Shown here piece after piece: positions 56,669 through 64,000 of a stretch of DNA of 64,000 bases (positions are counted from its first letter, which is position 1; each line of letters opens with the position of its first letter). The notes below the pieces were generated by a model. It was not told the DNA's origin, searched no databases, and saw nothing but the letters and a program-made list of their open reading frames with translations. The stretch spans positions 328,005 through 392,004 of the forward strand of contig CAVTEW010000001.1 in the NCBI GenBank assembly GCA_963733955.1. The letters run 5' to 3'. Made by a program: the position numbers and the translations under genes. Origin of the DNA: an uncultured Acidobacteriota bacterium. GTDB lineage: Bacteria > Acidobacteriota > Thermoanaerobaculia > UBA5066 > Gp7-AA6.

Positions 56669-57748
56669 TCAGGACCGGGGAGGCACGACGGTTGATCGAA
56701 CCGGCCTCGGCACACGCCGGATCGGAGCCCTGGCCGGGATGGGAAAATCGAGGCGACCGATCTTCCCTGCCGCAGTCGGGCTGAACGAGAGGTTGCCGGC
56801 AGTCTCGGTGAACCAGACGGCGCCCTCCGGCCCGATCGCGATGCCGTATGGCTGGCTGCCCGGCGTCGGAATGGGAAACTCGGTGATCTCGCCCGAAGGG
56901 GTGATCCGTCCGATCTTGTTGCCTTGCATCTCGGTGAACCACAGTGCGCCCGATTCTGCGGTGATGGCGCCGGGCATGCTGTCGGGCGTGGGAATGCGGA
57001 ACTCGGTAATCACGCCCGCGACTGTGATCCGACCGATTCGATTCGCGGCTGTCTCCGTGAACCACAGGTGGCCGTCCGGGCCGACGGTGATCCTCAGAGG
57101 CTCGCTCTGGGGCGGAACGGGAAACTCGGTCAGGTGTCCGTCGGTCGTGATGCGTCCGATGCGGTCGGCATTGCTCTCCGTGAACCAGAGCGCGCCATCC
57201 GGTCCGGCCGCGATCCCCCATGGATGGATCTGATAAGACACTCCGGTCAGATCAAAGAGCTCGAAGCGTCCGGCAGCAGTCATCCGACCGACCTGACCGC
57301 CATCCCACTCCGTGAACCAGAGGTTTCCATCGGAACCGACCGCGAGTTCCAGCGGCCCGTCCTCCTCGAAGAACGCCCCGGCAGGCCCGAACTCCGTGAT
57401 CTGTCCGTCCAACGTGATCCGTCCGATCTTGTCCGCGAAGCCTTCGGTGAACCAGATAGCCCCATCCGGCCCGAGCGTGATCCCTCCCGGCTCGCACTTT
57501 GACGTCGGGACGGGATACTCCGAGAGAGTCCCGGACGTCGTAATTCGCCCGATCCGGTTACCTCTCAGCTCCGTAAACCACATCGCACCGTCCGGACCGG
57601 CTGTCAGGTTCCAGGGAACGCTGTGCGGATCAGGGACGACATATTCAGTGATCGTCTGGGCGAGAGTGTTTCCCGGGAAGCAGAAGACGAGGGCCAGAGT
57701 CAGCGTTACGAGCAGGCTGGTTGGCAGGAGAGACGCTTCTTTGCTCAC
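56669..57748 (-). CDS. Secreted virginiamycin-B-lyase (Vgb)-like beta-propeller protein.
   Basis: Signal peptide followed by 7 repeats of the ...GP(D)GA(L/I)WFTE..N(R/K)IGRIT..G...E(F/Y)..P hallmark of the Vgb/streptogramin lyase family. Confidence 0.7.
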   Translation of the reverse strand: MSKEASLLPTSLLVTLTLALVFCFPGNTLAQTITEYVVPDPHSVPWNLTAGPDGAMWFTELRGNRIGRITTSGTLSEYPVPTSKCEPGGITLGPDGAIWFTEGFADKIGRITLDGQITEFGPAGAFFEEDGPLELAVGSDGNLWFTEWDGGQVGRMTAAGRFELFDLTGVSYQIHPWGIAAGPDGALWFTESNADRIGRITTDGHLTEFPVPPQSEPLRITVGPDGHLWFTETAANRIGRITVAGVITEFRIPTPDSMPGAITAESGALWFTEMQGNKIGRITPSGEITEFPIPTPGSQPYGIAIGPEGAVWFTETAGNLSFSPTAAGKIGRLDFPIPARAPIRRVPRPVRSTVVPPRS

Positions 57749-57921
57749 GAGACCGCGGCGAGTCTATCAATGCCGGCGCCGCCCGCGCCGAGTGCGTGGA
57801 AGCGGGCGGGGGCAATACTCGTCCCTACGAAGACCAAGACGACGAGATCCCTCGCTATCGCTCGAGATGACAGCGTCAGAGTAGCCGCTGGGGGTGACGG
57901 CGTGAGAGGGGGGCGCGGCTC

Positions 57922-59220
57922 TCACAGAGCGCTCCGAAGAGTCGTGACGAAGCGGTGGACCTCCTCGTACCGGTTGTAGAGAGGGACGGGCGCCACCCGA
58001 ATCACGTCCGGCTCGCGCCAGTCGCAGGTGACGCCGGATGCTTCGAGTTTTTCAAGGACGGCTCTTCCCGAGCCGTTTGAATGCGCCTTCACGCGTAACG
58101 AGAGCTGGCATCCCCTCCGGCGCGGGTCTTGCGGCGTGAGGATCTCGACCGAATCGCCGATTTCCCGGGCAAGCAGCCATTCGAGGTAGCCCGTGAGACG
58201 GAGCGATTTCTTCCGCAGCGGCTCCATTCCCCCCGCTTCCGTGAAAACGTCGAGCGAAGCGCGAATGGCCGCGAGCGAGAGGATCGGAGGGTTCGAGAGC
58301 TGCCATCCCTCCGCGCCGGGGATCGGTCGAAAGCCGGGCTCCATCCGGAATCGAGACGCCTTGTCGTGGCCCCACCAGCCGGCCAGACGCGGCAGATCGC
58401 GCGACGCGCCGTAGCCGTGCCGCTCGTGGACGAAGCAGCCGCCCACCGAGCCGGGGCCCGAGTTCAGGTACTTGTAGGTGCACCAGACGGCGAAATCCAC
58501 GTCCCAGTCGTGGAGGGAGAGAACCAGGTTGCCCGCCGCGTGAGCCAGATCAAAGCCGACCACGCACCCCTTCGCGTGGGCGAGCCGCGTGATCGTCGCG
58601 ATGTCGAACGCCTGGCCCGTGTAGTACTGGACGCCGGGAAGGAGGACCAGGGCGATCGAATCGCCGTCGCAGTCGAGGACTTCGGCGACGCGCGCGGCAT
58701 CGAGGGTAAGTTCTCCCTCGCGCGGCCGCAGGCGAACGAGCGCTTCGGCCGGGTCGAATCCGTGGAATCTGGCCTGAGACTCGACCGCATAGTCGTCCGA
58801 GGGAAACGCGTGCTCCTCGAGAAGAATCCGGTGCCGCTCCGGAGTGGGCCGGTAGAAGCTCGCCATCATCAGGTGGAGGTTGACGGTGAGCGAGTTCATT
58901 GTCACGACTTCGCTCGGGACTGCGCCCACCAGATTCGCCATCGGCCCGGCGAGGAGCTCGTGGTAAGGCATCCACGGGTTCGCCCCCGAAAAATGCGCCT
59001 TGACGGCGAGCCGCTTCCACTTCTCGAGCTCTTGCTCGACGTACGTTGGAGTCCTCTTCGGAAGGAGCCCCAGCGAATTGCCCGCGAAATAGATTTCTTC
59101 CTCGGCGCTTTCGCTTCTGGGAATGTGAAATTCGTCCCGGAACCGGGCGAGCGAGTCGTCGCGGTCCAGGGCCGCCGCGAAATCGCGTCCGGGCTTGAAA
59201 GACCCGCTCGGCTCGCTCAC
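57922..59220 (-). CDS. kynU: Kynureninase (PLP-dependent).
   Basis: Full-length match to kynureninase architecture (YFAGNSLGLLPK..., FDLAHAAGNLVLSLHDWDVDFAVWCTYKYLNSGPG... with the PLP lysine in the CTYKYLN context). GTG start overlaps the ACMSD stop (GTGA). Confidence 0.85.
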   Translation of the reverse strand: MSEPSGSFKPGRDFAAALDRDDSLARFRDEFHIPRSESAEEEIYFAGNSLGLLPKRTPTYVEQELEKWKRLAVKAHFSGANPWMPYHELLAGPMANLVGAVPSEVVTMNSLTVNLHLMMASFYRPTPERHRILLEEHAFPSDDYAVESQARFHGFDPAEALVRLRPREGELTLDAARVAEVLDCDGDSIALVLLPGVQYYTGQAFDIATITRLAHAKGCVVGFDLAHAAGNLVLSLHDWDVDFAVWCTYKYLNSGPGSVGGCFVHERHGYGASRDLPRLAGWWGHDKASRFRMEPGFRPIPGAEGWQLSNPPILSLAAIRASLDVFTEAGGMEPLRKKSLRLTGYLEWLLAREIGDSVEILTPQDPRRRGCQLSLRVKAHSNGSGRAVLEKLEASGVTCDWREPDVIRVAPVPLYNRYEEVHRFVTTLRSAL

Positions 59221-60245
59221 CGTTTGCCCGACTCTCCACCGAAGCGTCCGGCGGGAAGGCCGAGCCATTCGAGCGCCGTGCCATGCAGCAGCCGCGCGCG
59301 GGTGGCCTCCGGGAATCCGCACGAATCGATCAGCTCCCCCGCGCGAGTCTCGCCGAGGGGGTAGGGATAGTCGCTTCCGAGAGCGATCCGATCGGCGCCC
59401 ATCAAATCCACGAGGTAGCGCAGCATCAGCGGGTCGTGCACGAGCGAGTCGAGATAGATCCGCCGGAGGTATTCACGAGGGGACACGTCGTTGGAGACGG
59501 CGCACAGATCGGGCCGCGCTTCAAAACCTCGGACGATCCGCCCGATCGTCGCCGGAAACGCGCCGCCGCCGTGCGCGAAGGCGATCCGCAGGGACGGGAG
59601 CCTCTCGAGCACTCCGCCGAAGATGAGCGAGCAGATCGCGAGCGAAGTCTCCGCGGGCATTCCCACGAGCCAGGGGAGCCAGTAACGCGTCATCCGATCC
59701 CGGCCGGCCATCTCCCAGGGGTGGACGAAGACGGCCGCCCCGAGCGTCGCGGCCGCCTCGAAGATCGGAAAGATCTCCGGGCTGTCGAGGTTCGCCCCGT
59801 TGACGTTCGAGCCGATCTCGACGCCCGGGAGTCCGAGGTCCCGCACGCAGCGCTCCAGCTCGCGAATCGCGAGGTCGGGGCTCTGCATCGGGATCGTTCC
59901 GAGCCCGGAGAACCGCGCCGGGTGCGCGGCCACGACCCCGGCGATGTGGTCGTTCAAGCGCCTCGCGAGCTCGAGCGCGCGATCCGGCTCCGCCCAGTAG
60001 CTGAACAGGACCGGAACGGTCGAGAGAACCTGCACGTCGATGCCCGCCGCGTCGCACTCGGCCAACCGCGTCTCGACGTCCCAGTTGTTGCTTTCGATCT
60101 CGCGGAAGACAGAACCCTGGACGATCATCCGCGCGCGGCCGGGCGCGTAATGGTCGAGTTGAACGAACCGTTCGCCTCCCGGCGCCTTGCGGAAGTCGGG
60201 CAGCGTCTCGGGAAGAATGTGAGTGTGGACGTCGATCTTCAGCAA
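59217..60245 (-). CDS. 2-amino-3-carboxymuconate-6-semialdehyde decarboxylase (amidohydrolase_2 family).
   Basis: MLKIDVHTHILPETLPDF..., QVLSTVPVLFSYWAEP, VFVHPWEMAGRDRMTRYWLPWLVGMPAETSLAICSLIFGGVLERLPSLRIAFAHGGGAFP and ALVHDPLMLRYL are near-collinear with human/Pseudomonas ACMSD. Confidence 0.85.
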   Translation of the reverse strand: MLKIDVHTHILPETLPDFRKAPGGERFVQLDHYAPGRARMIVQGSVFREIESNNWDVETRLAECDAAGIDVQVLSTVPVLFSYWAEPDRALELARRLNDHIAGVVAAHPARFSGLGTIPMQSPDLAIRELERCVRDLGLPGVEIGSNVNGANLDSPEIFPIFEAAATLGAAVFVHPWEMAGRDRMTRYWLPWLVGMPAETSLAICSLIFGGVLERLPSLRIAFAHGGGAFPATIGRIVRGFEARPDLCAVSNDVSPREYLRRIYLDSLVHDPLMLRYLVDLMGADRIALGSDYPYPLGETRAGELIDSCGFPEATRARLLHGTALEWLGLPAGRFGGESGKR

Positions 60246-60246
60246 G

Positions 60247-60762
60247 TCAGCGGGTCGCCGCGGGCATCACCACCCCACACTTCCTGCAGGTGCGTTTCAT
60301 CTCGTCGGCGAAGAACCGATCGAAGATAGGCGGAAAGTCCGTTTCGACGTTCTGGAGTGTGAAGAACTCTTCGTACAGCAGGGACGTGCAGTGGTCGCAA
60401 TACCACTGGAGCCCGTCTTTCTCGTGCGGGAGCCGCTTGCGTTCGATGACGAGGCCCACGGAATTCGGCATCCGCTGGGGCGAATGCGGAACGCGCGGCG
60501 GAAGGAGAAAGATCTCGCCGGCGTGAATCGGGACGTCCACGACCTTGCCGCCCTGGATCGTCTTGAGGACCATCTCGCCTTCGAGCTGATAGAAGAACTC
60601 GGGTCCCTCGTCGATGTGGTAGTCCTTGCGGTTGTTCGGCCCGCCGACGACCATGACGATGAAATCGTCTTGCTCGAAGACCTTCTTGTTGCCCACCGGC
60701 GGCTTGAGCTCGCTCCGGTGCTCGTCGATCCACCGCTCGAAATTCAGCGCCTTCGATTCCAT
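60247..60762 (-). CDS. 3-hydroxyanthranilate 3,4-dioxygenase (cupin) with a C-terminal rubredoxin-like CxxC...CxxC site.
   Basis: [32 protein letters not shown]..., [14 protein letters not shown] and GLVIERKR are HAAO signatures. C-terminus is WYCDHC...CRKCG. Confidence 0.85.
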   Translation of the reverse strand: MESKALNFERWIDEHRSELKPPVGNKKVFEQDDFIVMVVGGPNNRKDYHIDEGPEFFYQLEGEMVLKTIQGGKVVDVPIHAGEIFLLPPRVPHSPQRMPNSVGLVIERKRLPHEKDGLQWYCDHCTSLLYEEFFTLQNVETDFPPIFDRFFADEMKRTCRKCGVVMPAATR

Positions 60763-60788
60763 GGCGTTCCTCTCGTAGTATATGCGTC

Positions 60789-61187
60789 GTGAATCCCTCG
60801 CCGGACAAGCCGGAAATCGTCTCCGCGCGCGCGCCGCGGCCCCTCGGTCCCTATCCGCACGCCCGGCGGCTCGGGAATCTGCTCTTCCTGTCCGGGATCG
60901 GCCCGCGGCATCGGGAGACCGAGCGGATTCCCGAGGGCATCGAGGCTCAGACGCTCGCGTGCATCGAGAACGTCAGGGCGATTCTCGAGGATGCCGGGAG
61001 CTCGCTCGAGAAGGTGGTCGACGTGACGGTCTTTCTGACGAACATCGACCGCGACTTCGCCGCCTTCAATCGCGTTTACGCGGAGTGCTTCGAGACGCTG
61101 CAAAGCCGGCCGACGAGAACGACCGTCGGCGTCGTCGCTCTCCCGGTTCCGATCTCGGTCGAGCTGAAGGTCATCGCGGAGGGCTGA
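60789..61187 (+). CDS. RidA/YjgF family protein (candidate 2-aminomuconate deaminase).
   Basis: [20 protein letters not shown]...[22 protein letters not shown]...[10 protein letters not shown] is the RidA fold. Placement between HAAO and TDO suggests the 2-aminomuconate deaminase role. Confidence 0.7.
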   Translation: MNPSPDKPEIVSARAPRPLGPYPHARRLGNLLFLSGIGPRHRETERIPEGIEAQTLACIENVRAILEDAGSSLEKVVDVTVFLTNIDRDFAAFNRVYAECFETLQSRPTRTTVGVVALPVPISVELKVIAEG

Positions 61188-61190
61188 AGC

Positions 61191-62297
61191 TCATCGAGGA
61201 GTCTGGAACCGGAATCCCATCCGGCTCCTCACATCGGGAGGAAGCTTCGGAAGCGCCGACCGGGGAATGAAGAAGCTCGAGAGCGCCGAGAGGTCCGCGA
61301 AGACCTTGTGACGCTCGGCCGCCCGATCGAGATACTCGTGGCCCGACGTGCCCCCGGTGCCGATGCGGGTGCCGATCATTCGCATCGCCATCTGGGCGTG
61401 GCGCTGGCGCCAGGTCGTGAAATTCCGTTCGATGTCCGTCAGGATCGCCAGCAACCGGAACGGCAGGTGCAGAATCGGCTCATCCCGATAGAGATTGATC
61501 AGGAGCGCCGCCTGGAGCGCGAGCCGGGAGAAGTGACGTCCCGGCCCGGCAACGGGCGCGGGTTCGTCAGCCCTCTGCTCGAACAAATCCGCGAAACGTC
61601 GCGCTGTCGCCTCGACTCCCGCCAGCTGTGTGGCCTTCTCGTCTTCGGTGAGCGTCGGGTTGCTCCGGATCGAGGCGCGGTCGGCAACGAGCATGGCCTC
61701 GACCGCCCGCCGATACTCCCGCCAGAAGTCGAAATCGCCGAATTGGAGGAAGGGCGTCCGCTCGAGCCAGCCCTGGATCAATTCGAAGAGAGAGGGCTCT
61801 TTCTCCGCGGCCTCGGCGCGCGCGGCATCGTCTCGCTGGAAGCGCGAGGTGTAAGGAGCATCGCTGATCTGAAGGCGTTCCGCGCGCCGCATTCCCAGCT
61901 TGTTTTCGATCAAACGGAATTGCACGCTCTGAAAACCGGAGGCCGGAATCAGCTCGTCCCGAAAATCGAGGAAGTCCAGGGGGGTCATGGTTTCCAGAAC
62001 GTCGATCTGTTGAATCAGGACGCGCTGGATCTCGACGACGCGCCCGAGTCGCAGGACCGCCTGCCCCAGCTCCTCCTCGGGAACGGATGTGCTTCGAAAG
62101 GTCGCGAGCACCGCGTCGAGCTCCCACAGGATCTGCTTGAACCACAGCTCGTAAGCCTGGTGGACGATGAGGAAGAGCATCTCGTCGTGTGCGGGCTTGC
62201 CGTGGAGGGCGCTCTGCATCTGCTGGCAGCCGAGCAGCCGATCGAGCTGGAGGTAGTCCGCGTAATAGAGAGGTCTGCGGGGCTTGTCGTTTTTCAT
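61191..62297 (-). CDS. kynA: Tryptophan 2,3-dioxygenase (heme).
   Basis: YYADYLQLDRLLGCQQ..., HDEMLFLIVHQAYELWFKQILWELD and the conserved C-terminal TGGTSGHEYL are TDO signatures. Confidence 0.85.
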   Translation of the reverse strand: MKNDKPRRPLYYADYLQLDRLLGCQQMQSALHGKPAHDEMLFLIVHQAYELWFKQILWELDAVLATFRSTSVPEEELGQAVLRLGRVVEIQRVLIQQIDVLETMTPLDFLDFRDELIPASGFQSVQFRLIENKLGMRRAERLQISDAPYTSRFQRDDAARAEAAEKEPSLFELIQGWLERTPFLQFGDFDFWREYRRAVEAMLVADRASIRSNPTLTEDEKATQLAGVEATARRFADLFEQRADEPAPVAGPGRHFSRLALQAALLINLYRDEPILHLPFRLLAILTDIERNFTTWRQRHAQMAMRMIGTRIGTGGTSGHEYLDRAAERHKVFADLSALSSFFIPRSALPKLPPDVRSRMGFRFQTPR

Positions 62298-62330
62298 GTT
62301 GGTGAGCTTCGTACCATAAGATTCTCGGCT

Positions 62331-63782
62331 GTGAAACGCATCCTCAACTTTATCGACGGCCAGTTCCGGCCTCCCCGCTCGGACCGATACCTTCCCGACG
62401 TGGACCCGGCGACGGGGCAGGTCATCGCGGAGATCCCGCTGAGCGGGCCGGAAGACGTCGACGCCGCCGTCGCCGCCGCGTCGCGAGCGTTCCCATCGTG
62501 GCGCAGGACACCTGCCGAAGAACGGTCACGGCTCCTGATCCGGGTTGCCGAGCTCATCATGGCTGAAGAGAACTTCGAGGATCTGGCGCGGCTCGAATCG
62601 GAAGACTCCGGGAAGCCGATCGCGCTCGCCCGCCGGATGGACGTGCCCCGAGCCATCCTGAACTTTCGCTTCTTCGCGACGGCGATCCTGCACGCCGAAA
62701 CATCCTGCCACAGCACCGACGATCGGGCGCTCAACTACACTCTCCGCCAGCCCCTGGGCGTCGCCGGGTTGATCTCACCCTGGAACCTGCCGCTGTACCT
62801 TCTGACCTGGAAGATCGCTCCGGCCATCGCCGCCGGAAATTGTTGCGTGGCGAAGCCGTCGGAGCTGACGCCGCTGACCGCCGACCGGCTGGCCGCGTTG
62901 ATCGTGGAGGCGGGCATTCCGCCCGGTGTCGTCAATATCGTGCACGGCCCCGGAGGGAGCGCCGGCCGCGCACTCACGTCGCATCCGAACGTCCCGCTCA
63001 TCTCGTTCACGGGAGGAACGAAAACGGGCGCGGACGTGATGGCCCAGGCGGGACCGCTTTTCAAGAAAGTGTCTCTGGAGCTCGGCGGGAAGAACGCGAA
63101 CATCGTGTTCGCGGACGCCGATCTCGAGGAGGCCGTCGCCACGTCGATTCCGTCGAGCTTCTCCAACCAGGGAGAGATCTGCCTCTGCGGATCGCGCCTG
63201 TTCGTCGAGAAGACGGTCTACGGCGAATTCCTCGACCGCTTTCTGGACGGCACGAAGAAACTCAGGATCGGCGACCCACTGGACGCCGCGACCGACGTGG
63301 GCGCGCTCGTGAGCGAGGCCCACCTTCGCAAGGTCGAAGGCTACGTCGCGCTCGCGAAAGAGGAAGGCGGCACGATTCTCACCGGCGGCAAGCGTCCCGC
63401 GAAGCTGCCGGAGCGCGTCCGGGACGGGTACTTTCTCGAGCCGACGGTGATCACCGGGCTCGACTGCGGCAAGCGTGTCATGCAGGAGGAGATCTTCGGG
63501 CCCGTCGTCACCGTCACGCCCTTCGATTCTCCCGAGGAGGCGATCGCCTATGCCAACGGCACGCGCTATGGCCTCTCGGCGAGCGTCTGGACCCGGGATC
63601 TTCAGAAGGCCCACCGCGTCGCCGCCGCGATCGAGAGCGGGACGGTGTGGGTCAACACCTGGCTCCTGCGGGATCTTCGGGTTCCCTTCGGCGGAATGAA
63701 GGAGAGCGGCGTCGGACGCGAAGGCGGATTCGCGTCCCTCGACTTCTTCACCGAAGCGAAGAACGTCTGCGTCAAGTTGTGA
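62331..63782 (+). CDS. 2-aminomuconate-6-semialdehyde dehydrogenase (NAD+-dependent aldehyde dehydrogenase family).
   Basis: GTG start. ALDH motifs present: LELGGKNANIVFADADL (catalytic Glu), FSNQGEICLCGSRLFV (catalytic Cys) and the FTGGTKTG region. Kynurenine-cluster context. Confidence 0.8.
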   Translation: MKRILNFIDGQFRPPRSDRYLPDVDPATGQVIAEIPLSGPEDVDAAVAAASRAFPSWRRTPAEERSRLLIRVAELIMAEENFEDLARLESEDSGKPIALARRMDVPRAILNFRFFATAILHAETSCHSTDDRALNYTLRQPLGVAGLISPWNLPLYLLTWKIAPAIAAGNCCVAKPSELTPLTADRLAALIVEAGIPPGVVNIVHGPGGSAGRALTSHPNVPLISFTGGTKTGADVMAQAGPLFKKVSLELGGKNANIVFADADLEEAVATSIPSSFSNQGEICLCGSRLFVEKTVYGEFLDRFLDGTKKLRIGDPLDAATDVGALVSEAHLRKVEGYVALAKEEGGTILTGGKRPAKLPERVRDGYFLEPTVITGLDCGKRVMQEEIFGPVVTVTPFDSPEEAIAYANGTRYGLSASVWTRDLQKAHRVAAAIESGTVWVNTWLLRDLRVPFGGMKESGVGREGGFASLDFFTEAKNVCVKL

Positions 63783-64000
63783 GAATGGACCGCCGATGAG
63801 GGCCAACGCGGAAGCCCTGACTCCGCAAGCAGGATCCGTTCAGCCGGGGGGTCCAGGGGAGTCGACAGGCGATGAGCGGTGAGCGATGAGCGAGGAGCGG
63901 GAAGCGGTGCGACCAATGCCTCGCAAAGGCTGCGACGAGCGTTCCAGCGACGGCCCGGTTTTCCCCTCGCCGGCCCGGCCGAAGCGTGCCGACGAGGGAG

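Noticed and set aside
63797-64000. Partial ORF starting ATGAGGGCCAACGCG after the aldehyde dehydrogenase gene.
   Set aside because: Translation (MRANAEALTPQAGSVQPGGPGESTGDER...) is low-complexity and runs off the window. It cannot be supported.

Overview
High-GC (~68-70%) bacterial chromosome segment, most likely from an Acidobacteriota-like organism. This is inferred from a PadR plus FtsX/ADOP-type permease pair, a DUF11/IPTL-CTERM giant surface protein and a Ser/Thr-kinase-TolB remnant. Gene calls come from reading the six-frame translations, RBS/start context and stop-codon adjacency; most high-GC shadow ORFs in the track were discarded.

Main content:
- A 5'-partial DUF11-repeat surface protein with an IPTL-CTERM tail.
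- Housekeeping genes: ybaK-like deacylase, fabV, msrA, glpK and a dihydrofolate-reductase family protein.
- An RND efflux operon (small ORF - TolC - MFP - RND) and an ArsR-led stress operon with a textbook sigma70 promoter.
- A complete kynurenine/3-hydroxyanthranilate tryptophan-catabolic cluster at 55-64 kb (kynA, kmo, kynU, HAAO, ACMSD, AMSDH, RidA).

Non-standard features:
- Three genes carry a single in-frame TGA exactly at the first position of a UxxC redox motif. One is a thioredoxin-fold (Thioredoxin_7-like) protein with a TPR tail. The other two are paralogous GRDB/PrdB-family proteins. Each TGA is followed by a hairpin, and the two paralogs' hairpins co-vary, so all three are selenoprotein candidates with bSECIS elements.
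- An acyl-ACP reductase / aldehyde-deformylating oxygenase (aar/ado) pair, the cyanobacterial alkane-synthesis module. It is bracketed by two copies of a ~55-nt hairpin element; the other copy sits in front of padR.
- Two related short ORFs with a KLKKETIRDL...KNVK(A/G)G double-glycine-type leader. One has a 4-Cys core, so they are candidate orphan RiPP precursors.
- A ~120-nt structured repeat family placed directly after stop codons, with compensatory stem changes. Several intergenic heptanucleotide tandem repeats accompany it.

Several genes are broken by local frameshifts or an internal deletion (membrane hydrolase, FtsX permease, OsmC-like, kinase-TolB). These may be assembly errors or real pseudogenes. 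No rRNA, tRNA or CRISPR was recognised.
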